Assembly: GCA_020632235.1 (NCBI GenBank)
Contig: JACKFY010000003.1
Span: 29,966 to 93,965 of the forward strand
Direction of reading: 5' to 3'
From: Pseudomonadales bacterium
GTDB taxonomy: Bacteria; Patescibacteriota; Microgenomatia; UBA1400; PJMF01
Length of the DNA: 64,000 nucleotides
Part shown: positions 1 to 11,000 of the stretch, in pieces
Position numbering within the stretch: the stretch's first letter is position 1
How the letters are laid out: each line of letters opens with the position of its first letter
Program-made: the position numbers and the translations under genes
The notes under the pieces: model-generated
Told to the model about the DNA's origin: nothing
The model's database searches: none
Seen by the model: the letters and a program-made list of their open reading frames with translations, nothing else

Positions 1-1130
1 TCGTACTCCCGTCTTTTGCCTGGTACTTAATGCCCAGTCTTCGTGACTGGAAGTCGTTAAAGTAGCTAGCAGAGTGTGTTTCACGATAAGTTTCTTGAGC
101 AGGAAACCAGGTTTCGATGTCATACTTCTTACGCTGCCCTGCCCCCATGTCTCCTGTGCACATACGCAGCACTTGGTAAGATAGCTCGAGGTCTTGCAAA
201 AGTGATTCGGAGTATCCTAGCATGCGTTCGTGCCATTGGCGTGTTTCGTTTTCATCTGCCACGGTGTACACAACTTGCTCCACTTTGTTGAATTGGTGCA
301 CGCGCACGATGCCCTGGGTGTCTTTGCCGTGAGCACCTACTTCCCTGCGAAAGCAAGGTGAGATACCTACCATTTTGATGGGAAGATCTTTTTCTGTAAG
401 TGTTTCACCCAGGTGATAGGCGGTGAGCGCAACTTCGGCTGTGCCCGCCAAGAACTGTTCGTCCTGCGTGCGGTAGTGGTCTTCCGCCCCCCAGGGGAAG
501 TAGCCGGTGCCCCACATAGCGTCTTCGTTTACTAGCACTGGTGCGCTCATAGGTGTAAAGCCTTCAGCAGCCAGTTTTTTGAGTGAGTACGACAACAGTG
601 CTTGTTCTAAAAGCAAGCCATCATTCTTTAAAAAGTAGGCACGAAAGCCTGCAATGCGCACTGCACGCGTTGTATCGAGCATGCTCAGTTGCTCCATAAG
701 TTCCTGATGTGGTTTTGGTGTAAATGAAAAGGTGGGTAGCTCACCTTCTATGCGCGCTACAACGTTTCCCGTTTCATCTGCACCCACAGGCACATCGTGT
801 GCTGGTACGTTGGGCACCTGGTAGAGGAGCTGCTCAAATTCACGCTCTACTCTTTTTAATTCTGGCTCGATAGTCTTGAGTTCGTCTTTGATTGCTTTGC
901 CTTGGTCAACAAGCTCTGAGTCTGGTTTGCCACCGTTGCCCACCTGCCGTTTAATTTTTTCTGCTACTTGGTTGCTTTGCTTGCGTAGGTCATCAACAGT
1001 GGTTTGGAGCTCTCTTCTTTTTTGGTCTGCTTGCAAAAGCTGATCTATCACCGATGAGTCAAGCTGTTTGTCTCTGCATGCCTGCCTGGTTACCTCTGGA
1101 TTTTCTCTGATGAACTGGATATCGAGCATG
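1..1130 (-). CDS. serS: Seryl-tRNA synthetase (partial; C-terminus runs off the window start)
   Basis: Reverse-complement translation from the ATG at 1130-1128 gives MLDIQFIRENPEVTRQACRDKQLD... with class II SerRS core motifs (GYFPWGAEDHY, FRREVGAHGKDTQGIVRVHQFNKVE). Not in the ORF track because no stop falls inside the window. Confidence 0.85.
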
Positions 1131-1131
1131 T

Positions 1132-1752
1132 TTACTTTTCCAAAATGTTTTCAAGTACATGGAGGTTCTTGTCATTGAGTATCATCACGAGATACGAGCC
1201 AATAAAGATACCAGCAATATTATAAAACAAGATCGTACTGTAGTACAGGATGAGTGAAGGGCTGGTGACAATAGCTAGTGCTAGGAGCGCAATGGGTGGG
1301 ACGAGTGAGACGGCAATGGCCACACCGGCAGCTGAGTTGGAAGACTTGGGCCAAATCCAGATAAAACTACCCACCACCCCTAGGATAACAGCCAGAAAAA
1401 ATGAGTCAACGGTGACGCTGCGTATGGTGGTGCTGTAGGCAATGTCTCCTCCCAGAGAGACAACAACACTCCAAAACAATAGGCAGGCGCTGATGGCAGC
1501 GATCATGGCAATACTAAATGACTTGAGTGCCAAAAAAAACTCTGTTTTCATACGCCTTTTGGCAAACACCACCATCGCCACAATCGGATCAAAAAGCGGT
1601 GAAACAAGCATCGAGCCGATAATGACAAAGATGTTGTCTAGCTTGATGCCGTAACAGGCCACCAAGCACGAAAAGATGGTGAGCAGCAGCAAGTCTAGAT
1701 CAAGCTTGACCTCTGTCTTTGCCCTTCTGACCAGCGAATCTTGTAGTACCAT
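1132..1752 (-). CDS. Polytopic membrane protein (DUF389-like hydrophobic domain)
   Basis: 206 aa ORF with about 6 hydrophobic segments. The GSMLVSPLFDPI motif resembles the DUF389/TIGR00341 family. Abuts the serS start. Confidence 0.45.
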   Translation of the reverse strand: MVLQDSLVRRAKTEVKLDLDLLLLTIFSCLVACYGIKLDNIFVIIGSMLVSPLFDPIVAMVVFAKRRMKTEFFLALKSFSIAMIAAISACLLFWSVVVSLGGDIAYSTTIRSVTVDSFFLAVILGVVGSFIWIWPKSSNSAAGVAIAVSLVPPIALLALAIVTSPSLILYYSTILFYNIAGIFIGSYLVMILNDKNLHVLENILEK

Positions 1753-1761
1753 ACCAGTAGT

Positions 1762-2685
1762 ATGAAGGATCTCCCCCAGCTGTCAAATAGGGTTGCTGCT
1801 CAGTTTCGTTTGGTATCGCGGCATCTCTATATGAATCCTTTAGAGAAGTGTAATCTCAAGTGTAAAATATGCTACACCAAAAAAACTTCTCCAATTTTAT
1901 CAAATGCTCAGATACTCGCGTTTATTGATCGATACCAAGATGCTCACAAGCTTCAGACTGTGACGTACTGTGGGGGCGAGGTGTTTGCTCTGCAGAGCTT
2001 TCCTGATCTGGTTAACCAAACAGTAGCGCGCGGCGCGATGGTGCAGGTTATTACCAATGGTACGCTTGACCAACTCGACCTCCTCGCGTACCCAAATAGA
2101 GTTAACTTGATTGTGTCTCTTGATGGTCTGGAGGAGTATCATGATGCAAATCGCGGGCTCGGTAACTTTCAAAAAAGCATTGCCTTTTTGCAGAAAGCAC
2201 AACGCCGAGGATTTCACACCGAGGTTTTTTCTATAGTGACCAAGCAAAATTATCTCCAGCTGAATAACTTTGAAGAGTACTTGCAGACACAACTCAGCCA
2301 GCCAGTAGAAGTAACCTATCATCCACGAAAACCCCCTGCGTATCTCGATCATCACCCTGTTTCCAACATTACAGGTGAGACAGAAGGTTTTGATTTTCTC
2401 TCTGACACAGAGCTGGTCACCTTGATGAAAGAGAAACAAACATTTCCACCCAAACAGCTGGGGTGTTACCAACTGGGGGTGATGTCTGACGGAAAGGTGT
2501 ATGGGTGTTGCGAAGGCATTACCCCACTTGGAGTCATGGATGACGAGATTGCCGACTTGCTTGTGCATCTCCGCCAGCGATTGATTAAATGGGAGCGCGA
2601 GAACACTCTCGCAAACTGTCTTGGATGCTCACAACCAGAGTTTGTGTGCGGGATCAAGCGGCAGCTGTTTTTGCTCCAGAATTGA
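1762..2685 (+). CDS. Radical SAM protein with a C-terminal SPASM/twitch-like Cys cluster
   Basis: CNLKCKICY matches the CxxxCxxC radical-SAM motif near the N-terminus. The C-terminus carries CX13CC and NCLGCSQPEFVCG (CX2CX6C). The start could instead be M24 at 1831. Confidence 0.65.
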   Translation: MKDLPQLSNRVAAQFRLVSRHLYMNPLEKCNLKCKICYTKKTSPILSNAQILAFIDRYQDAHKLQTVTYCGGEVFALQSFPDLVNQTVARGAMVQVITNGTLDQLDLLAYPNRVNLIVSLDGLEEYHDANRGLGNFQKSIAFLQKAQRRGFHTEVFSIVTKQNYLQLNNFEEYLQTQLSQPVEVTYHPRKPPAYLDHHPVSNITGETEGFDFLSDTELVTLMKEKQTFPPKQLGCYQLGVMSDGKVYGCCEGITPLGVMDDEIADLLVHLRQRLIKWERENTLANCLGCSQPEFVCGIKRQLFLLQN

Positions 2686-2691
2686 CGTACC

Positions 2692-2766
2692 TGTGAAACA
2701 AGTATCTGTGGTGTGAAACACTGTGTAAAAGCCTGGTGTGAAACAAAAGTGAGTATATTTTATACT
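2692..2766 (+). promoter_or_regulatory. Promoter region with three direct copies of TGTGAAACA followed by a TATACT -10 box
   Basis: TGTGAAACA at 2692-2700, 2712-2720 and 2737-2745 (the latter two as TGGTGTGAAACA), then 15 nt, then TATACT at 2761-2766. The same 9-mer-N14/15-TATACT architecture appears at 15604-15632 and, as TGTCAAACA, at the atp promoter. Confidence 0.4.
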
Positions 2767-2868
2767 CTCGTGAAAAACCCCTCTGCCACGCTTCGCTCTG
2801 GCGTCTCCCTTACAAGGAAAGTGTTAACTCCCTCTTTTACAAGAGGGGATGATGCTACACTACCTGAC

Positions 2869-3840
2869 ATGCAGCAGTCACCAGAATTCCTTCGCCAGCA
2901 AGAACACGTTATTAGCCTCATTCGCCAGTTTTTCTCCGCGAAAGGGTTTCGCGAGTTTATGACTCCTGTTTTGCAAGACGCCCTGCCACTGGAAGAAAAC
3001 TTGTACTCATTCCAAACTACCTGGCAAACGACCGAGGGAAACAAGCAGCTTTATCTTCCCACTTCCCCCGAGAGTTATTTGAAGAAACAACTCGCCACCG
3101 GCTCGGGCAACTGTTTTTCCGTTGCTCATTCGTTTCGCAATTTAGAGCAAGCGGGCACCCATCACTCGCCAGAGTTTTTGATGTTGGAGTGGTATCGCGA
3201 GGGAGCCAACTGGACAGACATCATGCACGACGTGCAAGATTTGTTTGCATATATTTTGTCCACCGCCTCACTCCCTTCTTCATTACAGTTTCAACGTTGG
3301 GAGACGTTATCGCTCGACAGCCTTTTTCAGGAACGCCTTGGCACATCACTCAAGACAGTGTGTGAAAGAGACGCGCTTTTTGAGTTAGCTCACTCTCTTG
3401 GATATACAACTGCTGATGCAGCCTGGAGTCAGATGTTTGATCAGGTATTTTTAAACGAGATCGAGCCACACCTTCCCCAGACGCCCTTCTTTCTAGTAGA
3501 CTTTCCTGTCCGCATCTCTCGGCTGTGCCAAGTGCAATCAGACAAACCGTGGCTAGCCGAGCGCTTTGAGGTCTATGCTGGTGGGCTGGAGCTAGGTAAT
3601 GGCAACACCGAAGAGCTTGATCATAAAGCAGTATTGGCTTATTTTAAAAACGAGGAAGAATGCAGAGGCAACGTTGGTATTTCTAGTCATCCAATAGACG
3701 CAGAGTTCGTGAGCTCACTCGAAGCACTCTCGCACACAGGAAAAAGCTATGCCGGGATTGGGATGGGGGTGGGGCGGGTGGTGGAGGTAGTAAGAGAAAA
3801 TTCTTGTAAGAAAATCATGAGGCAAGCAAAAAAATTCTGA
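2869..3840 (+). CDS. epmA: EpmA/PoxA-like protein: class II LysRS catalytic-domain paralog lacking the anticodon-binding domain
   Basis: Motifs align with the LysRS core: LYLPTSPESYLKKQLATGSGNCFSVAHSFRNLEQAGTHHSPEFLMLEWY, FEVYAGGLELGNGNTEELD and AGIGMGVGRVV. The ORF track starts at 2713, but that region holds the promoter repeats, so the likely start is M at 2869 with a GAGGGG ribosome-binding site upstream. Confidence 0.55.
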   Translation: MQQSPEFLRQQEHVISLIRQFFSAKGFREFMTPVLQDALPLEENLYSFQTTWQTTEGNKQLYLPTSPESYLKKQLATGSGNCFSVAHSFRNLEQAGTHHSPEFLMLEWYREGANWTDIMHDVQDLFAYILSTASLPSSLQFQRWETLSLDSLFQERLGTSLKTVCERDALFELAHSLGYTTADAAWSQMFDQVFLNEIEPHLPQTPFFLVDFPVRISRLCQVQSDKPWLAERFEVYAGGLELGNGNTEELDHKAVLAYFKNEEECRGNVGISSHPIDAEFVSSLEALSHTGKSYAGIGMGVGRVVEVVRENSCKKIMRQAKKF

Positions 3841-4117
3841 TTAGATTGTTCATTTTCTGCTATCCCTTGAAAAGACATTGTTGCTACTTGCTGAGTGGTT
3901 ATTCCCGATTTTTTCCTCTTGCATCTGGCTGTCAACAGATTTAGTTGTTCTTCAACATCGCTGATTTCTAGCACTACCCCCCCCGATTAACAAGAAATAG
4001 AGCCCACTGACTGGCTAGATAGTTTTTAATTGCTTGTGTGGAGAAAAGTTCAAACGGTTGGTCTTGGTAACGATCGACTGAAGGGATCATAATAGCAATA
4101 TTATACAGTTCACTTAC

Positions 4118-6163
4118 TTACTTTCCAAACACCTCTATCAAAAATGAAATATGCTCGCTGGGCTCTGTGTCAATTAAAGCAAACCCTCGCGCAACGTCAT
4201 CTCTGTTCACGCCTCCAGCAAACGAGACGTCTTTGAGTTTTTTTGTGACGGATGAGGCTTTCATGCCAGCAAAGCCCTGGGGTCGCATCAGCGAGTAGGC
4301 ATGCAGAAACCCAGACAGCTCGTCACAGGCAAACAGGTACCGCTCGATGCGTGTCTCTGGCTGTTTGCCCGTTCTGTCTGGTGCGTGGGCAGCAATAGCG
4401 TCTTTGAGTACTTGGGGGTATTCAGACAACCACTCTGTTAGCGCTTTGTTGGGGTGTTCGTCGGGAAACTCTTCCCAGTCGAGGTCATGCAAGAGTCCTG
4501 CCTGGTACCACAACTCGCTATCTTCACCGAGTGTACGCGCGTAGGCCTCCATGGCCTGGGCTACCATCTGGGCATGATGGCGCAGTTTTTCGTTTTGGAT
4601 GTGCTTGGTGAGCAGCTCTTCTGCGGCTGCCCTACTTGGCAAGTCGGCTTTTTTTGCTGGTTTGCTCGTTTCTTTGGTTTGTGATCGCACAAATTGTTGC
4701 TGGTTTTCTACCTGCCATGGGAGGGGGCGGAGGGTGGGGAAGGCGATCACCTCGCGAATACTCCAGGTGTTAGTCAAAAGCATCACCAGTCTATCGATAC
4801 CCATGCCCATGCCGCCCAGTGGCGGCATGCCGTACTCCATGACCTCCAAGAAGTCTTCATCAATAGGGTGCGCCTCATCGTCACCCGAGCGCATGCGTTG
4901 CTGCTCGCCGTCAAAAATAGCGCGCTGATCAATAGGGTCGGTGATCTCACTCCAGCCATCGGAGATCTCTTTGCCCCCTACGTAGAGCTCGTAGCGCTCA
5001 GCTAGATCTGGTTGTAATCTGTGTTTTTTTGCCAGTGGACTGACGTCTCTGGGGTAGTCAATCACCCAGGTCGGCTCAATTAAGGTGGGTGCGACCAGAG
5101 TATCAAACAAAGCAAATAAAGCTTTGCCTTTGGTAAAATCACCGATCAGTTCTTCTTGGTGTTTTTTCAATAGCGCTTGCACGCTCTCGTCATCGAGCTG
5201 ATCCCACGTGACGCCAAGGTGTGTCTCAACTAGCTGGGTCATCGTGGCGCGTGGCCAACTTCCTTCAAGAGAGACAGTTGTCTCCCCCACCTGTAGTTCT
5301 AGTGTGCCGTTTACTGTCTGTGCTAGGTGCTTGATGAGCCCCTCCAGTGTTTCGATTATCGTATTGTAGTCAGCGTAGGCGTGATACCACTCCATCATGG
5401 TAAACTCTGGCTGATGGGTTTGGTCTACCCCTTCATTGCGAAAGTTGCGGGCTATCTCAAATATTTTTTCGTACCCACCTACAATAAGTCGTTTCAGGTA
5501 GAGCTCTGGGGCTAAACGCAGGAAAAAATCGCTATCGAGCGCGTTCATGTGAGTGATGAACGGTTTGGCGTTCGTGCCCCCGTAGACAGGGTGAAAGACG
5601 GGTGTTTCAACCTCGGTAAAGCAATGCACGTCCTGTAGGTATCGCCTAATCTCTTTTTCAATCAGCCAACGAGCGTCTAGCACGCGTTTTGTTTCCGGGT
5701 TAATGAGCATGTCAACAGCGCGGTTGCGAAAGCGCGCCTCTTTGTCTTCGGCTGCGTTCCACTCGGTGGGTAGAGGGCGCAGGGCTTTGCCCAAAAAGAG
5801 AACCTCTTGAGCAAAAATAGTGATCTCGCCTGTTTTGGTAGCATCAACTGTTCCCTTGACGCCTATAAAGTCTCCTCTGTCTACCAGGTTTTTGAGCCAC
5901 GAAAACGCCTCGGGCATATCATCTTTTCGCACCATCACCTGGATGTCGCCTGTCATGTCTGCGAGGTCAAGAAAGATAACCTTGCCATGCGCTCTGATAG
6001 ACATCACCCGACCAGCGGTTTGTACTTCCTGGTCTTTTTTTGCTATGCACCCGGCTACAGTGTGTGTTTTATTGAATGCATAGGGGTGTGGATTGATCCC
6101 CAGCTCTTCGAGCTGAGAGCGTTTTTCTGTTTTGGCTTGTATGGCTTCGTCTATTCTGGACAT
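4118..6163 (-). CDS. lysS: Lysyl-tRNA synthetase with a C-terminal HD-domain phosphohydrolase extension of about 175 aa
   Basis: A full class II LysRS (OB-fold N-terminus, FRNEGVDQTHQPEFTMMEWY, GGMGMGIDRLVMLLTNTWSIREVIAFP), then a linker, then an HD domain (LRHHAQMVAQAMEAYARTLGEDSELWYQAGLLHDLDWE...). Confidence 0.9.
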   Translation of the reverse strand: MSRIDEAIQAKTEKRSQLEELGINPHPYAFNKTHTVAGCIAKKDQEVQTAGRVMSIRAHGKVIFLDLADMTGDIQVMVRKDDMPEAFSWLKNLVDRGDFIGVKGTVDATKTGEITIFAQEVLFLGKALRPLPTEWNAAEDKEARFRNRAVDMLINPETKRVLDARWLIEKEIRRYLQDVHCFTEVETPVFHPVYGGTNAKPFITHMNALDSDFFLRLAPELYLKRLIVGGYEKIFEIARNFRNEGVDQTHQPEFTMMEWYHAYADYNTIIETLEGLIKHLAQTVNGTLELQVGETTVSLEGSWPRATMTQLVETHLGVTWDQLDDESVQALLKKHQEELIGDFTKGKALFALFDTLVAPTLIEPTWVIDYPRDVSPLAKKHRLQPDLAERYELYVGGKEISDGWSEITDPIDQRAIFDGEQQRMRSGDDEAHPIDEDFLEVMEYGMPPLGGMGMGIDRLVMLLTNTWSIREVIAFPTLRPLPWQVENQQQFVRSQTKETSKPAKKADLPSRAAAEELLTKHIQNEKLRHHAQMVAQAMEAYARTLGEDSELWYQAGLLHDLDWEEFPDEHPNKALTEWLSEYPQVLKDAIAAHAPDRTGKQPETRIERYLFACDELSGFLHAYSLMRPQGFAGMKASSVTKKLKDVSFAGGVNRDDVARGFALIDTEPSEHISFLIEVFGK

Positions 6164-6187
6164 AATTATGTAGTTTTTTCTAGTTTA

Positions 6188-6242
6188 TACAAAAAAAACC
6201 TCGCTATCTGCTTGGTGTGTGAAGACCGAGGCTGGCGAGGTT
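6188..6242 (-). terminator. Rho-independent terminator downstream of greA, probably the end of the atp-greA transcript
   Basis: On the minus strand, CCUCGC...GCGAGG stems are followed by U8 (the plus-strand A-run at 6191-6198). Confidence 0.45.
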
Positions 6243-6250
6243 GTGTGTTT

Positions 6251-6724
6251 TTAATTTATGGTTGTAATCTCAAGCTTTTTTTCCCCGCCAGGGGTGTTCA
6301 CCAGTATGGTATCACCCTTCTTCTTTCCCAGCAGCGCCTTGCCCACTGGTGAAGTTGCAGAGATTTTGTCTCCTGTGCCGTCAGCCTCAAACTCACCCAC
6401 GATGTGCAGTGAGTGGGTTTTTCGTCCTTCTTTCACCTCTACGTGTGAGCCAATGGTGACTTTGTCTTTACTTTTGGATGAGCGGACCACCTTTGCGTTG
6501 GCGATCACCTCTTGAATTTCGTCAATTCTGGTCTGGATCAGTTGTTGATCTTCACGGGCCGAGTGATACTCGGAGTTTTCTGACAAATCACCAAACTCGC
6601 GCGCGCGTGCAACGCGCTCGACTACCTCTGGTAGTTTTATCTCTTCGAGCTCCTGGAGCTCTGTCTTGAGTTCTTCTAAGCCCTCTTTGGTTACCTCGAT
6701 TACTTTTGTGGTGTCGTCTGTCAT
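6251..6724 (-). CDS. greA: Transcription elongation factor GreA
   Basis: 157 aa with an N-terminal coiled coil and a C-terminal FKBP-like domain, including GDLSENSEYHSAREDQ. Sits 15 bp downstream of atpC on the same strand. Confidence 0.9.
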   Translation of the reverse strand: MTDDTTKVIEVTKEGLEELKTELQELEEIKLPEVVERVARAREFGDLSENSEYHSAREDQQLIQTRIDEIQEVIANAKVVRSSKSKDKVTIGSHVEVKEGRKTHSLHIVGEFEADGTGDKISATSPVGKALLGKKKGDTILVNTPGGEKKLEITTIN

Positions 6725-6739
6725 AGCTTCCTTATTGTA

Positions 6740-7156
6740 TCAGTTTCTATTTCTCATAGCTAGTTGTTGCTCCAAAAGCGCTCTCTTTAGTGACGCCTCA
6801 GCCAAAAGTAATTCTCGTCTATCTTTGCTCGTCCTGATTACTTCTTGCGCCTGTTTGATAGCAGCCTCTGCTTTGGCAGCACTTGCCTCTCGCTCGTGTG
6901 TGCCAGCATCCACCATGATTGAAACACTGTTGTCTGGTTGTACGGTCAAAAAGCCTTTTGAAACAACGATTTTCTCTGTGCTTCCAGACTCTAGCACCAG
7001 CGTCACCAGCCCTGTTTTGAGTGTCGTGATGAGTGGGACGTGATTTGGCAAAATGGTCACCTCCCCTTCGCTGGCGGGTGCGGTCAGCTGGGCAACTGCG
7101 TCACTGCGCAGCACTTCTCTTTCTTGACTGACCACCACAACACTGAGTGTGTTCAT
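6740..7156 (-). CDS. atpC: F1 ATP synthase epsilon subunit
   Basis: 138 aa, position at the end of the atp operon, typical epsilon N-terminal beta-sandwich sequence. Confidence 0.8.
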   Translation of the reverse strand: MNTLSVVVVSQEREVLRSDAVAQLTAPASEGEVTILPNHVPLITTLKTGLVTLVLESGSTEKIVVSKGFLTVQPDNSVSIMVDAGTHEREASAAKAEAAIKQAQEVIRTSKDRRELLLAEASLKRALLEQQLAMRNRN

Positions 7157-7166
7157 ACAAGCTCCT

Positions 7167-8579
<1,413 letters not shown>

Positions 8580-9446
8580 TTATTGTTGTGACAGTACTGA
8601 TGTTGTGATGTCGAGTAGCTCGCTGGTGATGCTTGCTTGTCGTGATTTATTGTACGCGAGCTTGAGGTCGTCAACCAACTCACCAGCATTATCACTGGCG
8701 TTCTTCATAGCAACCATGCGCGCGGAGTGTTCGCTGGCTTTCGCCTCCAAAAATGCGTGCAGGAGTGATGTCTCAAGGTAGTAGGGCAGTAGCTCATCCA
8801 AGATGTACTGGGCAGATGGCTCAAACAAAAACTCACTTGCTTCAATTGGTTGAGCGAGCGTTCTTTCATCTGGATCGTCAATGGTGAGCGGTAAGATCTG
8901 GGTTTGGGCAACTTCTTGACGCAGTGTGTTGATAAAGTCCATAAAGAGTGCGGTGACCGAGCGATACTCGCCATCCACAAACCCTTGTGTCACTGCAGTA
9001 GCAATGGGTAAGATATCGGTGAGTTCGACGCTGTCTCCTAGATCGGTAAACTCTGCTTTGGTAGTGAGCCCGTAGGTACGAGTAAAGGCGACGGCTTTTT
9101 TACCTACCGCAATAATAGTGGGTTGCTGATGCGTGTTGTACCATTGGAGAGCGTGTTTGAATAAGTTGGGGTTGAGGCTGCCACACAGACCTCGGTCGGT
9201 CGAGACCAGTACCAGTACGTCAGCCCCGTCACTGTGCTGCTCAAGTAGTGGATGAATATACTCCACTACTTGCGACTGGAGGAGCTTGAGTGAGTTGGCA
9301 AGCGTGAGGGCGTAGGGCCGAGCCGCCAGCGCACTTTCCTGGGCCTTTTTCATCTTACTGGCAGAGACCATCTCCATTGCCTTGGTGATCTTAGCAATGT
9401 TATTGGCAGTCTTGATGCGTTGTTTTATCTGTCTAGCGTTATTCAT
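8580..9446 (-). CDS. atpG: F1 ATP synthase gamma subunit
   Basis: 288 aa. N-terminus MNNARQIKQRIKTANNIAKITKAMEMVSASKMKKAQ and a conserved C-terminal helix. Confidence 0.9.
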   Translation of the reverse strand: MNNARQIKQRIKTANNIAKITKAMEMVSASKMKKAQESALAARPYALTLANSLKLLQSQVVEYIHPLLEQHSDGADVLVLVSTDRGLCGSLNPNLFKHALQWYNTHQQPTIIAVGKKAVAFTRTYGLTTKAEFTDLGDSVELTDILPIATAVTQGFVDGEYRSVTALFMDFINTLRQEVAQTQILPLTIDDPDERTLAQPIEASEFLFEPSAQYILDELLPYYLETSLLHAFLEAKASEHSARMVAMKNASDNAGELVDDLKLAYNKSRQASITSELLDITTSVLSQQ

Positions 9447-9449
9447 AGG

Positions 9450-10976
9450 TTACTCTGCTACTTCAAGTAGTTCTGGGTGGAGTGCGTTAAACTCGACGAT
9501 AGCATCTTTGAGCGATTCGGTGGTTGCATCACTGATAACTTTTTCACTGGCGATAGCTCTGAGTACTGTGGCATAGTTTATTTTAAGATGCTCGAGGTAC
9601 TCTGCCTCCCAAGTCTGGACGCTATCAAGAATGACAGTGTCCAAAAAGCCATTCACCGCAGCAAAAATAACAGCTACTTGCTCTTCTAGTTTAAGTGGTG
9701 CGTCCCAGCCTTGCTTGAGTACCGCATTAACGTGCTCGCCGCGGTTCAGTTGTGCTTTGGTGCGATCGTCCAGGTCAGAGCTAAACTGGGAGAATGCCTG
9801 CAGCTCTCGAAACTGTGCTAAGTCAAGCTTCATGGTGCCTGCCACTTGCTTCATTGCTTTGTACTGAGCAGCACTTCCTACACGAGATACCGAGTTACCC
9901 ACATTGATAGCAGGCTTCATACCGGCGTTAAACAGGTCTGACTCGAGATAAATTTGCCCGTCGGTGATCGAGATCACGTTGGTAGGGATAAAGGCAGAGA
10001 TATCATTTTGCTGGGTTTCAATGATTGGGAGCGCGGTGATAGAGCCACCACCATATTCTTTGCCCAGTCGCACTGCTCTCTCTAGCAACCTTGAGTGGAG
10101 ATAAAATACGTCTCCTGGGTAGGCTTCTCTTCCTGATGGTCGTCTCAAAAGTAGTGAGATTTCGCGATATGCCTGCGCGTGCTTTGAGAGGTCATCAAAG
10201 ACAATTAAAACATCTTTGCCTTGTTCTAAAAAGTACTCGGCTATAGCCTGACCAGCGTAGGGGGCTAAGAACTGCTGGGCAGCTGCGTCTGAGGCGGTTG
10301 CGGCCACGATGGTGGTGTACTTGAGTGCGTCATGATCTTCGAGCACCTGTATAAACTGGGCGAGTGACGAGCGCCTCTGGCCAATGGTCACGTAGACACA
10401 GAGCACGTCTTGGTCTGATTGGTTGAGAATAGTGCCCAGAGCAACAGCAGTCTTACCCGTGCCGCGATCGCCAATAATGAGCTCTCTTTGCCCTCGACCT
10501 ACCGGGATCATGGCGTCGATTGCTTTAATGCCCGTCATCAGAGGCACCGAGACTGATTGTCTTGCCATAATGCCAGGGGCAATTTTTTCAAGCGGCATCT
10601 GTTTTTTTGATTTAATGGCAGCTTTTCCATCAAGTGGTCTGCCGAGCGCGTCAACTACTCGACCAAGAATAGAGTCTGCCACACCAACAGAAAGAATTTG
10701 ACCTGTACGCTTGACTGTTTGACCTGCTTCTACCCCAGATGCATCGCCCAGTGCCACAATACCCACACCTTCTTTTTTTAGGTTGAGTGCTAAACCATAT
10801 TGGTTAGTGCCAATGTCAATCAGTTCACCCGCCTGGACGTCGTCTAAACCCTTTACTTGCAGCACTCCATCGCCAAATGACATCACGGTGCCGACTGATT
10901 CTGGAGTAGGAGTGATGTTGGCCTGTTTTATCAGCGTGCTGAGTTGAGTGTGAAATGTGTCTGTGTGTTTTGCCAT
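9450..10976 (-). CDS. atpA: F1 ATP synthase alpha subunit
   Basis: [13 protein letters not shown]-loop and conserved alpha-subunit sequence. Confidence 0.95.
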   Translation of the reverse strand: MAKHTDTFHTQLSTLIKQANITPTPESVGTVMSFGDGVLQVKGLDDVQAGELIDIGTNQYGLALNLKKEGVGIVALGDASGVEAGQTVKRTGQILSVGVADSILGRVVDALGRPLDGKAAIKSKKQMPLEKIAPGIMARQSVSVPLMTGIKAIDAMIPVGRGQRELIIGDRGTGKTAVALGTILNQSDQDVLCVYVTIGQRRSSLAQFIQVLEDHDALKYTTIVAATASDAAAQQFLAPYAGQAIAEYFLEQGKDVLIVFDDLSKHAQAYREISLLLRRPSGREAYPGDVFYLHSRLLERAVRLGKEYGGGSITALPIIETQQNDISAFIPTNVISITDGQIYLESDLFNAGMKPAINVGNSVSRVGSAAQYKAMKQVAGTMKLDLAQFRELQAFSQFSSDLDDRTKAQLNRGEHVNAVLKQGWDAPLKLEEQVAVIFAAVNGFLDTVILDSVQTWEAEYLEHLKINYATVLRAIASEKVISDATTESLKDAIVEFNALHPELLEVAE

Positions 10977-11000
10977 GAGGTACTTTCTAGGGTGTTGGTG

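Noticed and set aside
3841-4117. A 280-bp convergent spacer between the EpmA-like gene and lysS, with a C8 run and a 75-aa minus-strand ORF (3747-3974)
   Set aside because: The ORF overlaps the EpmA-like 3' end and has no features. The spacer shows no clear terminator or ncRNA signature. It is left unannotated.
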